A stretch of 64,000 bases of DNA from Acidobacteriota bacterium (GTDB taxonomy: Bacteria; Acidobacteriota; UBA6911; RPQK01; JADFOI01). The DNA lies in NCBI GenBank assembly GCA_963663035.1, contig OY760074.1:2080001-2144000 (forward strand), in the 5' to 3' direction. The notes below the pieces were generated by a model that worked only from the letters and a program-made list of their open reading frames with translations, was not told the origin of the DNA and did not search any database. Made by a program: the position numbers and the translations under genes. Position 1 is the first letter of the stretch; every line of letters starts with the position of its first letter. Positions 16,335 to 25,654 of the stretch are shown here, one piece after another.

Positions 16335-17825
16335 TTAAAAGATCTCGGACCACTCGCGGGCAACCTTCTTCTTCACCTTCGGGTTGGACTCGACCACCTG
16401 CGGAAATTCATTCCGAAGCAGTTTTCCATACGGCTTGGTGGCGAAGATGATCCCTCGACTGCCAGTGTACTCCAGCATATCTTTGGATGGATCCTGCTCT
16501 GCAAGAGGATCAACCGGACTCCCTATGGTCTCTTTGATGATATCGATTCCTGTCGCCGGGTCGCTGCGCGAACACATGGCCCAGATCACATCGTCCAGGT
16601 TGGTTGGGTCTATGTCATCGTCGACCACCACCACGTATCTTCCTGCTACGGCTCCCGGCCTGCACTGACATGCGATATACCCGGCCATGCGATCATGCCC
16701 GGCAAACATCTGTTTGATCGAGATTACGGTGAACGCCCGGGAATATCCAGCCTCGTGGCACCATACACCCTGCACCTCTTGAACACCGGCCTGCTCCAGG
16801 ATGTCCCAGATCAGGGCTGCCCTGACCGGGCACCTGAAGTAGCTGTAGTCATGAGGAGGACGACCCGCGCAAGTGCCCAGCAGGATCGGATTGTTCCGAT
16901 AATAGACGGCCTCAACTTTGACCGTGGGACAGTCTTTGACGGTTCCCATGGAGTAGTAGCCCATGAACTCTCCCAAGGGCCCCTCTGGCCTGGGTTCGTT
17001 CACGATGTATCCCTCGATGGCGACTTCACTGTCAGCCGGAATGGGAAGGCCGGTAACGGGCCCTTGGATCACCTCGTAAGCCTGTCGACTCACAGCCCCT
17101 GCATAAGCCAACTCGGACACGCCCTGAGGAGCTTCAATTCCGGCAAACATCAGTGCCAGCGGGTGGTGGCCAAAAGAAACAGCGACCGGGCAGGGCTTTC
17201 CTGCATCCCAGTACTTCTTGACCATGAACCTGGCATGCCGCACCGCTTCAAACAGGATGGACAGGGTGTTCTCGTCCTGCAGCATCATGCGATAGGCCCC
17301 CACGTTCACCCAACCTGTGTCCGGATCGCGGGTCATCACGGCATCGGCGGTTCCGATGTAGCGGCCGCCGTCATGCTCAAAGTACTTGGGCGCGGGGAAC
17401 TTGAACATATCCACGTCCTTTGACATGTTTTCGAGAAAGGGAGCATCCTCTACAGTTCTGGGCGAATAGTCATCGATGTTCCCACCGGCTGACCGCATTC
17501 GATCTCTGAGGACCTTGACCAGTTCCAGGTCACTGAGCGTGGAAGGCAGACCGAGTGTAAGCGCCACTCTCTGCGAGTCCAGCAGTGCGCCGGTAAGTAT
17601 CCGAAATCCATCCGGATATCCCTTTATCTTGTCGAACAGGAGGCTATACTTGTTTTTCTTGACGTTGGTGTCTGTGATGGCGCCAATCTCCTGGTCCCAG
17701 TCGGCACCATTCACCTTTCTGAGAAGGCCCAAGGCCTCCACCTCATCGATCCAGAGACGAAAGTCTCTCCTCAGGCTTTCACCTTCCCTGACAAGTTTCT
17801 CATCCTGATCTTTCACCTTACCCAT
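16335..17825 (-). CDS. UbiD-family (prFMN-dependent) decarboxylase
   Basis: DGGRYIGT, NVGAYR, GLPIPA.SEVAIEG, EGPLGEFMGYY, VVVVDDDIDP..L.DV.WA..SR.DP. Confidence 0.92.
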   Translation of the reverse strand: MGKVKDQDEKLVREGESLRRDFRLWIDEVEALGLLRKVNGADWDQEIGAITDTNVKKNKYSLLFDKIKGYPDGFRILTGALLDSQRVALTLGLPSTLSDLELVKVLRDRMRSAGGNIDDYSPRTVEDAPFLENMSKDVDMFKFPAPKYFEHDGGRYIGTADAVMTRDPDTGWVNVGAYRMMLQDENTLSILFEAVRHARFMVKKYWDAGKPCPVAVSFGHHPLALMFAGIEAPQGVSELAYAGAVSRQAYEVIQGPVTGLPIPADSEVAIEGYIVNEPRPEGPLGEFMGYYSMGTVKDCPTVKVEAVYYRNNPILLGTCAGRPPHDYSYFRCPVRAALIWDILEQAGVQEVQGVWCHEAGYSRAFTVISIKQMFAGHDRMAGYIACQCRPGAVAGRYVVVVDDDIDPTNLDDVIWAMCSRSDPATGIDIIKETIGSPVDPLAEQDPSKDMLEYTGSRGIIFATKPYGKLLRNEFPQVVESNPKVKKKVAREWSEIF

Positions 17826-17884
17826 ATAGGATCTCCTCCACCTGATCTGAGTCCGTCTGAAGGTATCGAATCACCCGGCGGAGG

Positions 17885-19768
17885 TCAATGCATGGGCAGC
17901 GAAGCATCTCTGCGGATCTGGTTAAGCCCGATAAAAAGCAGCACCGCTAGCCCGATTCCGTCGGTGATGAGTTCCGGAGCAATCAGCAGAAAAGCGGAAA
18001 CCCACAGGCAGAGAGTTTCCCACCACCGATTGGGCCTGGACAGATGCCCAATAATGGCTCCTGAAAGGGCCAGAACACCGATGAGCAGTGAGCCCGACGT
18101 TACCGCGATCTCGCTCCAGTCGCCCTGCAAAACGATGGCGGGGTTGAAGACGAAGGCATAGGGTATGATGAAGCCGGCCAGACTCAGTTTAAAAGCTTGC
18201 CAACCCGTTTCCATGATTCCAGCACCGCTGATGCCTGCAGCCACATAAGAAGCCAGGGCCACAGGTGGAGTAACCATGGAGAGAACACAAAAATAAAGGA
18301 CGAAAAGATGGGCCGGAATGATCGGCACACCCATCTTCTGAAGAGCCGGCGCCATCAGAATAGCGCCCATAATGTAAGAGCCGCTGGTGGGCATGCCCAT
18401 TCCCATGATGATGCAGCCGAGCATGATCAGAACCAAGGCTGGCACCAGATAGCCACCGGAGGCCGCAATGATCAGGCTGGAGAACTTGAGCCCAAGCCCG
18501 GTATAGGACACGACCCCTACCACCACACCCGCTGCTGCCGCCGGTACCGTCACGCCCACCGCTCGACGGGCTCCCATTTCCAGAGCCTTCAAGATATCGG
18601 TTGGCGAAGAGCGAGTCCCCCGGTCGACTAAACTGGCTGCCACCACAGCTACAGTGGCCATGAAAGCAGCCCTTTGCAGGGAATATCCGGCAAAGATGAA
18701 GTACACCAGAACGCCCATGGGGAGAAGCAGCACCAAGCGGGACCTGACCTTGGAAAGATCCGGCAAATCCTCTGGCTTCAGCCCCAGCAGCCCCTCCTGC
18801 TTGGCCTTGAGGTCCACCATTAGGAAAATGGCCACATAGTAAGCCAGGGCGGGAATGATGGCGACCAGGGCGACTTGAAGATAGGGAATTCCCACCATCT
18901 CTGCCATGATAAAGGCAGCAGAACCCATAATGGGCGGCATCAATTGTCCACCCGTCGAGGCGACGGCCTCCACTGCACCTGCGAAGCGGGCAGGATAGCC
19001 GGCCTGCTTCATCAGAGGAATCGTAAAGACGCCAGTGGCACTCACATTGGCCACGGCACTGCCGCTGATGGTCCCCATCAGACTGGAGCCAACGATGGCT
19101 CCTTTGGCGGGCCCGCCTCGTCTGGTGCCGGTGAGACGGAAGGCCAGGTCGATAAAGAGTTGTCCACCGCCGGAAACCTCCATAAAGGCCGCGAAGAGAA
19201 TAAAGTAAAAAACATAGTTGGAGATGACACCGGTAGGGATTCCGAAGAGGCCTTGTACGGCCAACGCCTGTTGTTCGGCCAGGTCGCTGAGCGAGATTCC
19301 AGTGTGTCGCAGGAGTCCCGGCATCCAGGGCCCCACCAGTTGATAGACGAGAAAGAGGGAAGCCAGTATCGGCAAGCTCCAGCCCACCACTCGGCGGCAG
19401 GCTTCAAGAGTCAAACCGATGAGAAGCAGGGCAATGACAATGTCCAGAGGGTGGAGCGGATCAACAAAGTTCATCCGGGAAATGAGCCGATCGTAGTTCC
19501 ACACCAGGTGGGCGCCCCCGACCAATGACAGGCCACTCAAGAGCAGGTCATACCAGGCCACGCCTCCCCAGAAGGTTTGTCCTTCTTTCCCCCTGGCTGG
19601 CCCCTGGACCGGATAGATCAGGAAGGCCAGGGAGAGGGCAAACACAAGATGTACGGGGCGTTGGATCATTTCCGGATAGAAACCAGCCCCGGCTGTGTAC
19701 AACTGGAACACCGACCAGGCGATTGCGAGGAGAGGGGTCAGGCGAAGGTATCGCTTCAACATCTTCAC
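17885..19768 (-). CDS. TRAP transporter fused 4TM/12TM permease (TAXI-associated)
   Basis: GGPAK, GTISGSAVANV, EAVASTGGQLMPPIMG, GMGMPT, TPPVALA. Confidence 0.93.
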   Translation of the reverse strand: MKMLKRYLRLTPLLAIAWSVFQLYTAGAGFYPEMIQRPVHLVFALSLAFLIYPVQGPARGKEGQTFWGGVAWYDLLLSGLSLVGGAHLVWNYDRLISRMNFVDPLHPLDIVIALLLIGLTLEACRRVVGWSLPILASLFLVYQLVGPWMPGLLRHTGISLSDLAEQQALAVQGLFGIPTGVISNYVFYFILFAAFMEVSGGGQLFIDLAFRLTGTRRGGPAKGAIVGSSLMGTISGSAVANVSATGVFTIPLMKQAGYPARFAGAVEAVASTGGQLMPPIMGSAAFIMAEMVGIPYLQVALVAIIPALAYYVAIFLMVDLKAKQEGLLGLKPEDLPDLSKVRSRLVLLLPMGVLVYFIFAGYSLQRAAFMATVAVVAASLVDRGTRSSPTDILKALEMGARRAVGVTVPAAAAGVVVGVVSYTGLGLKFSSLIIAASGGYLVPALVLIMLGCIIMGMGMPTSGSYIMGAILMAPALQKMGVPIIPAHLFVLYFCVLSMVTPPVALASYVAAGISGAGIMETGWQAFKLSLAGFIIPYAFVFNPAIVLQGDWSEIAVTSGSLLIGVLALSGAIIGHLSRPNRWWETLCLWVSAFLLIAPELITDGIGLAVLLFIGLNQIRRDASLPMH

Positions 19769-19795
19769 AACCTGTCTGCAAAGAGGGGGGGGAAA

Positions 19796-20929
19796 CTACT
19801 CCAGAAGACCAGCTTCCCGGTAATAGCGCTCCGCACCCGGATGCAGGGGAACACCCACTTTGCTGAACGCCAGAGAGGGGTCGAACTCCTGTAGGCCCTT
19901 GTGCGCTGCTGCCAGTTCATCCTTGCGCTCAATGACCGTTTTAGTGATCAAGTAAGCGACGTCGTCAGGCATCCTGGTGGTGGCATCCAGCGTCACTGAC
20001 CAGCCAACGGTGTGCACATCCTGGTCCTGCCCCCTGAAGTTGCCGGCAGGAAGCACCAACAGGTCCATCTCGTATTCCTGCTCCAGCCAGCGGGCAATAT
20101 CGTCGGGAAGGGATAGAAACTTGACAGAGCTCAGGACGGAGATCTCTGTGATGGAGGGATGCGCCTTGGGAGTGCCATGGACCAAAAGGTCCGCTCTACC
20201 GTCCTGAAAGGCCGTCTTGATCACATCAAAGGAGGTATTATGCACTGAGCTACCCCAGGCCTTGATGTCTTCATAGCCCAGGCCGAGGGCCTCCAAAAGC
20301 ATCCGCGCGGCCTGCTCGCCCTGACCACCCACCGTGATGGTGTACAGTGAGACCGGCATCTTGGTTTCCTTCAGCTCCTTCAGGGACTGAATGGGCAGGT
20401 CCTTGCGGGCGAGCACCAGGAGATAGTACAGGTCAAAGGCGCCCACCAGTGCACGCAGGCTCTCCGCCTGGGTCTCATAGATCAGCCGACCCTGCCGAGC
20501 CCAGCGGGTGTTGACGGCAAAGTTTATGGCAAAATCAGCCTTGCCTTCCTGAAGCAGTCTGGGATTGGCGACCCCGCCAGCCAGAGGCAAGACATCCAGG
20601 CTGGAACCGGGAGGCAGCTGAGGTCGGAGAAGTTCGGCGATACTCGCTCCATAGGCATACCAGGCAGTCCCTTCTGTGAATGTAGCGAAGCGCAGTTGCA
20701 CCGGCTCTTTCAGAATGCTCTCGGAGGTCATCTCCCCTGAGGAAGTCTGGGAGGACGAACCACAGCCCACAAGCGCTAAAAGGAAAAGCAGCGATGCCCA
20801 CAGCAGAGGCAGAAGAACCCAATGGTTCCTCATTGAAGAAAAAGACCACCTGGGGCCAACCTGAAATGTACTGGGCCTCATTTTCACCCCCATGTCACTT
20901 GATCTGTCCTCTACAGTCGGGCTGAACAA
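19796..20929 (-). CDS. TAXI-family TRAP solute-binding protein (probable lipoprotein; true start may be downstream of 20929)
   Basis: LALVGC lipobox, GT.W..YG..IA, GG.AN, VPLHPGAERYYREAG. Confidence 0.9.
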   Translation of the reverse strand: MFSPTVEDRSSDMGVKMRPSTFQVGPRWSFSSMRNHWVLLPLLWASLLFLLALVGCGSSSQTSSGEMTSESILKEPVQLRFATFTEGTAWYAYGASIAELLRPQLPPGSSLDVLPLAGGVANPRLLQEGKADFAINFAVNTRWARQGRLIYETQAESLRALVGAFDLYYLLVLARKDLPIQSLKELKETKMPVSLYTITVGGQGEQAARMLLEALGLGYEDIKAWGSSVHNTSFDVIKTAFQDGRADLLVHGTPKAHPSITEISVLSSVKFLSLPDDIARWLEQEYEMDLLVLPAGNFRGQDQDVHTVGWSVTLDATTRMPDDVAYLITKTVIERKDELAAAHKGLQEFDPSLAFSKVGVPLHPGAERYYREAGLLE

Positions 20930-20984
20930 CCGGAGATCTTATGTTACACCACAGCTGGTCAGGATGAAACGAAGCCTCTCCTCT

Positions 20985-23384
20985 TCAGTGCTGGAGAGCC
21001 TTCATGATCTTCTCTGGAGTCATGGGTAAGGAGGTGATTTTGACCTGGAAGGGAGAAAGGGCATCTTCAACTGCATTGGCAATTGCAGCAAGAGAGGTGA
21101 TGCTTCCCCCTTCTCCTACGGCCTTACTGCCGAGTAAGGTAAAGGGGCAGGGAGACTCCATATGCTCGATCTCAAGCCTGGGCAGCCCAAGAAAAGTCGG
21201 CTTCAAGTAGTCCATGAATGTACTGGAGAGGAGTTGCCCATCTTCGGCGTAAACGAAGTCCTCACAGAGCGAAGCTCCTATTCCATGAACTGTGGAACCT
21301 ATCAGCATCCCTTCAACGATCCCGGGGTTGATTTGTCTACCGCAGTCATGAACGATGACATAGCGAAGGAAGTGCACCATCCCCGTCTCCACATCCACTT
21401 CCACAACGACCACGTGCACAGAATTGGAATGTGTGGTTTGGACGTTGAAATCGGTTCTGCTGGGTAGTTTGGTGTATGGGCTCCTATAGTAAGCTATCTC
21501 CTTTAGTCCCGGCTCCAGGTCCTCGGGCAGCAAGAGAATCTGCTTATAGGCTAAAGAAGCGACCTCCTGGAATGAAACAGCCTTTCCCTTTCCCTTACCC
21601 TTCCCCGTACACACCTTTCCTTCCCTCAACTCCAGGTCCGTTTCATCCACTTTCAACATATGGGCGGCGATCTTTCGAATCTTATCTCTGACCTTCTTAG
21701 TCGCCATAATCACTGCACCCAGATCCACGTCGTTGAACTTGTTGGAGTAGACTCCGGAATGGCCAAGGAAGGGAGAGACAAGAGAATCGATCCGGCTCTC
21801 CACCGAAACTCTCTCAAGGGTAATGCCCAGCATATCAGCGACCACTTGAGCAGCAGTCGTCGTATGACCTTGTCCCGAGTCCATAGAACCCAGGAGAACC
21901 TGTACATTTCCGTCAAAATCCATCCCTACAATGGCACCATCAGCGTTCCCCATGTACTCTGGAGTACCCCTGGAGGTGTAGTAATAGCCAAGGTTGGAGG
22001 TGCCCGGTTCGATACCTGCGCTGATCCCTATCCCGATGTACCTTCCCTTCTTTCTTTCCTCTTCCCGCTGCTTCTTCCGCTCTTCATACCCGACCCGTGT
22101 CAGAGCTTTCTTTAGACACTCGGGATAATTGCCGCTCTCATAGATTTCGCCGGACGGGGTTGTGTAGGGCATCTGCTCTGGCTGAACAAAGTTCCTGAAC
22201 CTCACCTCAGAGGGATCCAGGCCGAGTCTCTTAGCGACGATATCCACCATCCTCTCCAATACGAAAATCATGGCCGGCTTCCCAACTCCCCGGTTCTGAA
22301 CTGTGGGACCTTTATTGGTCACCACACTGATCAGCTCGGCCCTGGTGCCCGTAATGTTGTAGCATCCAACCATGGTCGCGAACTTTATGAGCGCATAGAT
22401 GCCTGTGGTGTGGATGAAGGAACCGTCATTCTCTGTGTCCTTCAGGGCAAGACCCAGGATCCTTCCATCCTTTCGCACAGCCAGCTCAATCTCAAGATGG
22501 GCGTCAGGGGCATGAGATCCGGCCGTTAAGTTTGCGGTTCTTGTTTGTATCCACTTGACCGGTTTATCCACTTTCTTGGCGAGAAGAGAAAGTATGACCA
22601 TGTGGGGCCATATCGCCAACTTGAGGCCGAATGAGCCCCCGATGTCGGGAACGATGAGCCTCAACTGGTTAGTGGAAATGCCCAAGCATCGACAGACGTT
22701 GACAATGCTCCTTCCGTGCTGCTGGTCATTGGCCCACACGACGAAAGAGTCGTTTGCCCGTTCATACTCTGCGATGATCGCCCAGGTCTCCAGAGGTGTT
22801 GAACTGTACCTTTGGATTTTGAATGTCTCTTGAACGATGAGATCGGCTTCTTTGTAAGCCTCCTCCAGGCTGCCATGCTCCATCACATCATGGAGCAGGA
22901 CATTGCTCCCAGCTTCCTCAAAGACCAAGGGGGCATCTTCCTTGAGTGCATCCGAGATGTGAACGAGCGGGGTCAGGAGTTCATAATCCACCTTGATGAG
23001 CTCAAGGGCATCCTCGGCGATGTAGGCGTCCTGGGCAACTATGGCGGCGACCGGTTCTCCAACATAGCGGACCTTGTCCACCGCCATTGGGTATTGGATT
23101 GCAGTTTTGGTGATGGCTCTGCCGGGTATCGGCCTGGTCTGCTCAGCTACCTCTTTTCCCGTGATGACGGCCATGACCCCCGGCAGCTTTTCAGCCTCAC
23201 TGGTGTCGATCGCCTGAATTCGAGCGTGGGCCAAAGGACTTCCCAAGACCGCTGCATGGTGGCAATCCATATTCAGATCATCAATGTAGAGGGCCTCCCC
23301 CCGGACCAGCCGACTATCCTCTTTTCTTGGGCTGGGCTTTCCCACCCAATTTCTCGTCACCAGAATGTCCTCCAACTTCATCAT
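20985..23384 (-). CDS. Xanthine dehydrogenase-family molybdenum hydroxylase, large subunit
   Basis: RKED.RLVRG...YIDD, GGSFGLK, NRGVG, GQGH.T, HDCGR.INP, SKAVGEG. Confidence 0.93.
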   Translation of the reverse strand: MMKLEDILVTRNWVGKPSPRKEDSRLVRGEALYIDDLNMDCHHAAVLGSPLAHARIQAIDTSEAEKLPGVMAVITGKEVAEQTRPIPGRAITKTAIQYPMAVDKVRYVGEPVAAIVAQDAYIAEDALELIKVDYELLTPLVHISDALKEDAPLVFEEAGSNVLLHDVMEHGSLEEAYKEADLIVQETFKIQRYSSTPLETWAIIAEYERANDSFVVWANDQQHGRSIVNVCRCLGISTNQLRLIVPDIGGSFGLKLAIWPHMVILSLLAKKVDKPVKWIQTRTANLTAGSHAPDAHLEIELAVRKDGRILGLALKDTENDGSFIHTTGIYALIKFATMVGCYNITGTRAELISVVTNKGPTVQNRGVGKPAMIFVLERMVDIVAKRLGLDPSEVRFRNFVQPEQMPYTTPSGEIYESGNYPECLKKALTRVGYEERKKQREEERKKGRYIGIGISAGIEPGTSNLGYYYTSRGTPEYMGNADGAIVGMDFDGNVQVLLGSMDSGQGHTTTAAQVVADMLGITLERVSVESRIDSLVSPFLGHSGVYSNKFNDVDLGAVIMATKKVRDKIRKIAAHMLKVDETDLELREGKVCTGKGKGKGKAVSFQEVASLAYKQILLLPEDLEPGLKEIAYYRSPYTKLPSRTDFNVQTTHSNSVHVVVVEVDVETGMVHFLRYVIVHDCGRQINPGIVEGMLIGSTVHGIGASLCEDFVYAEDGQLLSSTFMDYLKPTFLGLPRLEIEHMESPCPFTLLGSKAVGEGGSITSLAAIANAVEDALSPFQVKITSLPMTPEKIMKALQH

Positions 23385-23863
23385 GGGTCTTTTCTCTCTA
23401 CTCTCCTGATCCTTTCAGCCGCATACTTCACAGCATCCACAATCTGCTGATAGCCCGTGCACATGCACAGGTTTCCGACCAGCGCCCTTCTGATCTCTTC
23501 CTCATCAGGCTCTGGATTGCCCTGGAGCAAGAAGTAGGAAGTCATAATCATGCCAGGGGTGCAATAGCCACACTGCACAGCAAATCGCTCCCTGAAGGCC
23601 TCTTGCACTGGGTGCAGATCTTCAGCTGCCAGACCTTCTATGGTCGTGATCTCAAAGCCATCCGCACCAACCGCCAGCATCATGCACGACTTGATCGCTC
23701 TCCCCTGGCAGATCACCGTGCAGGCCCCGCAATGTCCGGTGTCGCAGCCTACATGGGTTCCCGTGAGACGGGCCTTTTCTCTGATGTAATGGACAAGCAG
23801 AAGCCGGGCCTCCACATCGTGTTGAAAGTCTTTCCCATTAATTCTCAATTGGATCTCGTGCAT
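23381..23863 (-). CDS. Molybdenum hydroxylase (2Fe-2S) small subunit (CoxS-like)
   Basis: GTHVGCDTGHCGACTV, QCGYCTPG, GNLCMCTGY; start taken at ATG 23863. Confidence 0.93.
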   Translation of the reverse strand: MHEIQLRINGKDFQHDVEARLLLVHYIREKARLTGTHVGCDTGHCGACTVICQGRAIKSCMMLAVGADGFEITTIEGLAAEDLHPVQEAFRERFAVQCGYCTPGMIMTSYFLLQGNPEPDEEEIRRALVGNLCMCTGYQQIVDAVKYAAERIRRVERKDP

Positions 23864-23973
23864 GATGTCCCTGCTAGGTTGATGCCCCGTCGCCACAAGA
23901 TACTCGGAAGCAAATCGACAGTCAACAACCTGACTCACGAGTCTTTTCTATCGACTAAATCGATCAAAAAACC

Positions 23974-24122
23974 GTTTGCACAACCCCTCAACCGGGAGCC
24001 CAAAAACGGTGTTTCAGAAGGGTGTGGAAAAAGCTGTGGATAAGCTGGTGCTCTTTTCTCTGAAAAACATGTCACAGAACTTCCTCACGGAAATCCGAGT
24101 TTTGCACAATAAATGTGCATCA
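23974..24122. promoter_or_regulatory. Cluster of DnaA-box-like sites
   Basis: TGTGGAAAA 24023-31, TGTGGATAA 24035-43 and TTTTGCACA 24100-08 match TTWTNCACA; one-mismatch sites at 23974-82 and 24114-22. Confidence 0.6.
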
Positions 24123-24141
24123 TTTTTTTTATCTTTTTCTC

Positions 24142-24169
24142 TTGTTTCCGGTTCGCAACTGGATAGAAT
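24142..24169 (+). promoter_or_regulatory. sigma70-type promoter for the candidate ncRNA
   Basis: TTGTTT (24142-47), 16 nt, TAGAAT (24164-69), preceded by a T-rich UP-like tract; predicted +1 near 24176 coincides with the start of the closing helix. Confidence 0.65.
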
Positions 24170-24175
24170 TAGAAC

Positions 24176-24614
24176 TGTCCCAAGGGGTAAACGCAATGAG
24201 CCGAAACCCTGAGGCGGCGACCCCGAGTCGGAAAGATCTGCTATCAGGCTTCGGTCGAAGTAGCAGGGAAGCCAGCAAGGGGGGGAAGCCGAAACCTACT
24301 TGCTTCGGTAAGGGGGGGAACGGTTGAACCGGACCGAGAGGAAAACCGGTTTTCTTCGGAAAGCAGGGAGCATACTTCGGGACGGGACGTAGCCGGGAAC
24401 TTCCATTTTGATGGGATTCTCGAAAGAGAAAAGTCAAGGTGGGAAGGGCGGCCCGCTTTCTGGGTTGTCAGTTGCGCTCTTCGGAGTGTAGCCGGCGGTT
24501 TGGGGGTGTGGGTCAACCACTTGAGAAGCTGAGAAACCGATTTTTAACGAGGTCGGGAAAGAGGGCTTCCCAAGCCATCAGATTTGGCTCTCTCTGCGGA
24601 TATCACTTGGGACA
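24176..24614 (+). ncRNA. Candidate large (~440 nt) highly structured non-coding RNA, family unrecognised
   Basis: 5' and 3' ends pair (TGTCCCAAG/CTTGGGACA and further nested helices); five cUUCGg plus GAAA/GAGA loops, all on the + strand; no credible ORF. Confidence 0.75.
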
Positions 24615-24643
24615 TTTATTTATCCTCTCTTTTTCTTTATTAG

Positions 24644-24853
24644 CCCGCATTATCCATAAATTTTCTGCTGCAGTGTCGCAATCATCCACGCTGACGACGT
24701 TGTGCGACCCGCAAAGCGGGTACCCCTTGCGCTCCTCGACGTACTGCAAGAGTACGTCTGCGCGGGGCGCGACCCGCAAGCGGGTACCCCTCACACGCCT
24801 TGTCATCGCGGCGCTTGCACCACTTCGCTAAGAAAACCTATGGGAAATGCGGG
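24644..24853. mobile_element. MITE family A, copy 2 (inverted)
   Basis: TIRs CCCGCATTATCCATA / TATGGGAAATGCGGG; flanks TTAG and CTAG; internal sequence matches copy 1. Confidence 0.9.
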
Positions 24854-25342
24854 CTAGTCCACCTTCTGATAGACGTACCTGAACTCAGGGGATCCGGCTG
24901 GAGCAATGAAGAGCTGGTCTTCCTCCTGGCTAAAGATAAATTCAGAGGTGGTGCCGTCACGGTCGGGGTTCAGTGTGGAAGTCCAGGTCGCTGTCACTAT
25001 CTCTCCCTCAAGGGTAAAGGTTCCGCAGGCAGAGTTGGCAGCAGTGAAGGCTGCAGCTGCCTTTCTCATTGCCTCCTCGTCAGACTCGTCCTGGACGAAG
25101 TTCTCTCGCTCTTTATCGACGCGCAGATGGCACAGAGAGCCATCCTGAACAATCATTAGGCCTTTCTGGGTTGAGCTCGGCCCATTGGGAGAATCCAGGC
25201 GAAGCAGTTGGTAGACCCCATTGTACCGTTCGACACTTGACTCGGCTTGGGGAGTCACTTCGGTGGCGGTGGCGGCTCCTCCGCTGCAAGCCATTACAGC
25301 CATAGCACTGCTGAGAGACAACAAAGCCATCAGGTTCTTCAT
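24854..25342 (-). CDS. Hypothetical lipoprotein (lipocalin-like beta-barrel possible)
   Basis: GAGGAGG RBS and signal peptide with VMAC lipobox. Confidence 0.7.
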   Translation of the reverse strand: MKNLMALLSLSSAMAVMACSGGAATATEVTPQAESSVERYNGVYQLLRLDSPNGPSSTQKGLMIVQDGSLCHLRVDKERENFVQDESDEEAMRKAAAAFTAANSACGTFTLEGEIVTATWTSTLNPDRDGTTSEFIFSQEEDQLFIAPAGSPEFRYVYQKVD

Positions 25343-25430
25343 ACGATCCTCCTCTTGACACTAATCAACATTTTCATGCTATCGTGCGCCAGAGGAGTTT
25401 AAATGGTTGCAGCTTGCAGGTCAACCCTAG

Positions 25431-25621
25431 CCCGAATTATGCATAGGTTTTCGTAGCGAAGTGGCGCAGGCGCCGCAATGACAAGGCGTGTGAGGGGTAC
25501 CCGCTTGCGGGTCGCGCCCCGCAGACGTACTCCTGCAGTACGTCGAGGAGCGCAAGGAAACACAACGCCGACAGAGCGGATGATTGCGACACTGTAGCAG
25601 AAAATTTATGCATAATATGGG
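25431..25621. mobile_element. MITE family A, copy 3
   Basis: TIRs CCCGAATTATGCATA / TATGCATAATATGGG with a CTAG duplication on both sides. Confidence 0.9.
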
Positions 25622-25654
25622 CTAGTAGGTGCAAAAGACTGGAGAGGCAGATAA

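Noticed and set aside
16293-17423. Long antisense ORFs (376 aa here; 372 aa at 30558-31676)
   Set aside because: Shadow ORFs opposite well-supported UbiD and iscS genes, with no recognisable motifs
20985-23384. Aerobic CO dehydrogenase CoxL
   Set aside because: Active-site loop is QNRGVG, not AYxCSFR (form I) or AYxGAGR (form II)
24176-24614. RNase P RNA, tmRNA, SRP, 6S or rRNA fragment
   Set aside because: No GAGGAAAGUCC / ACAGAA..CGGCUUA RNase P motifs (GAGGAAAACC is only superficially similar), no tRNA-like ends or tag ORF, wrong size and shape for SRP or 6S; kept as an unassigned ncRNA pending cmscan
23976-24831. Short ORFs (60-130 aa) across the ncRNA and MITE region
   Set aside because: Overlapping in several frames, no RBS, low-complexity translations; better explained by RNA structure and MITE sequence
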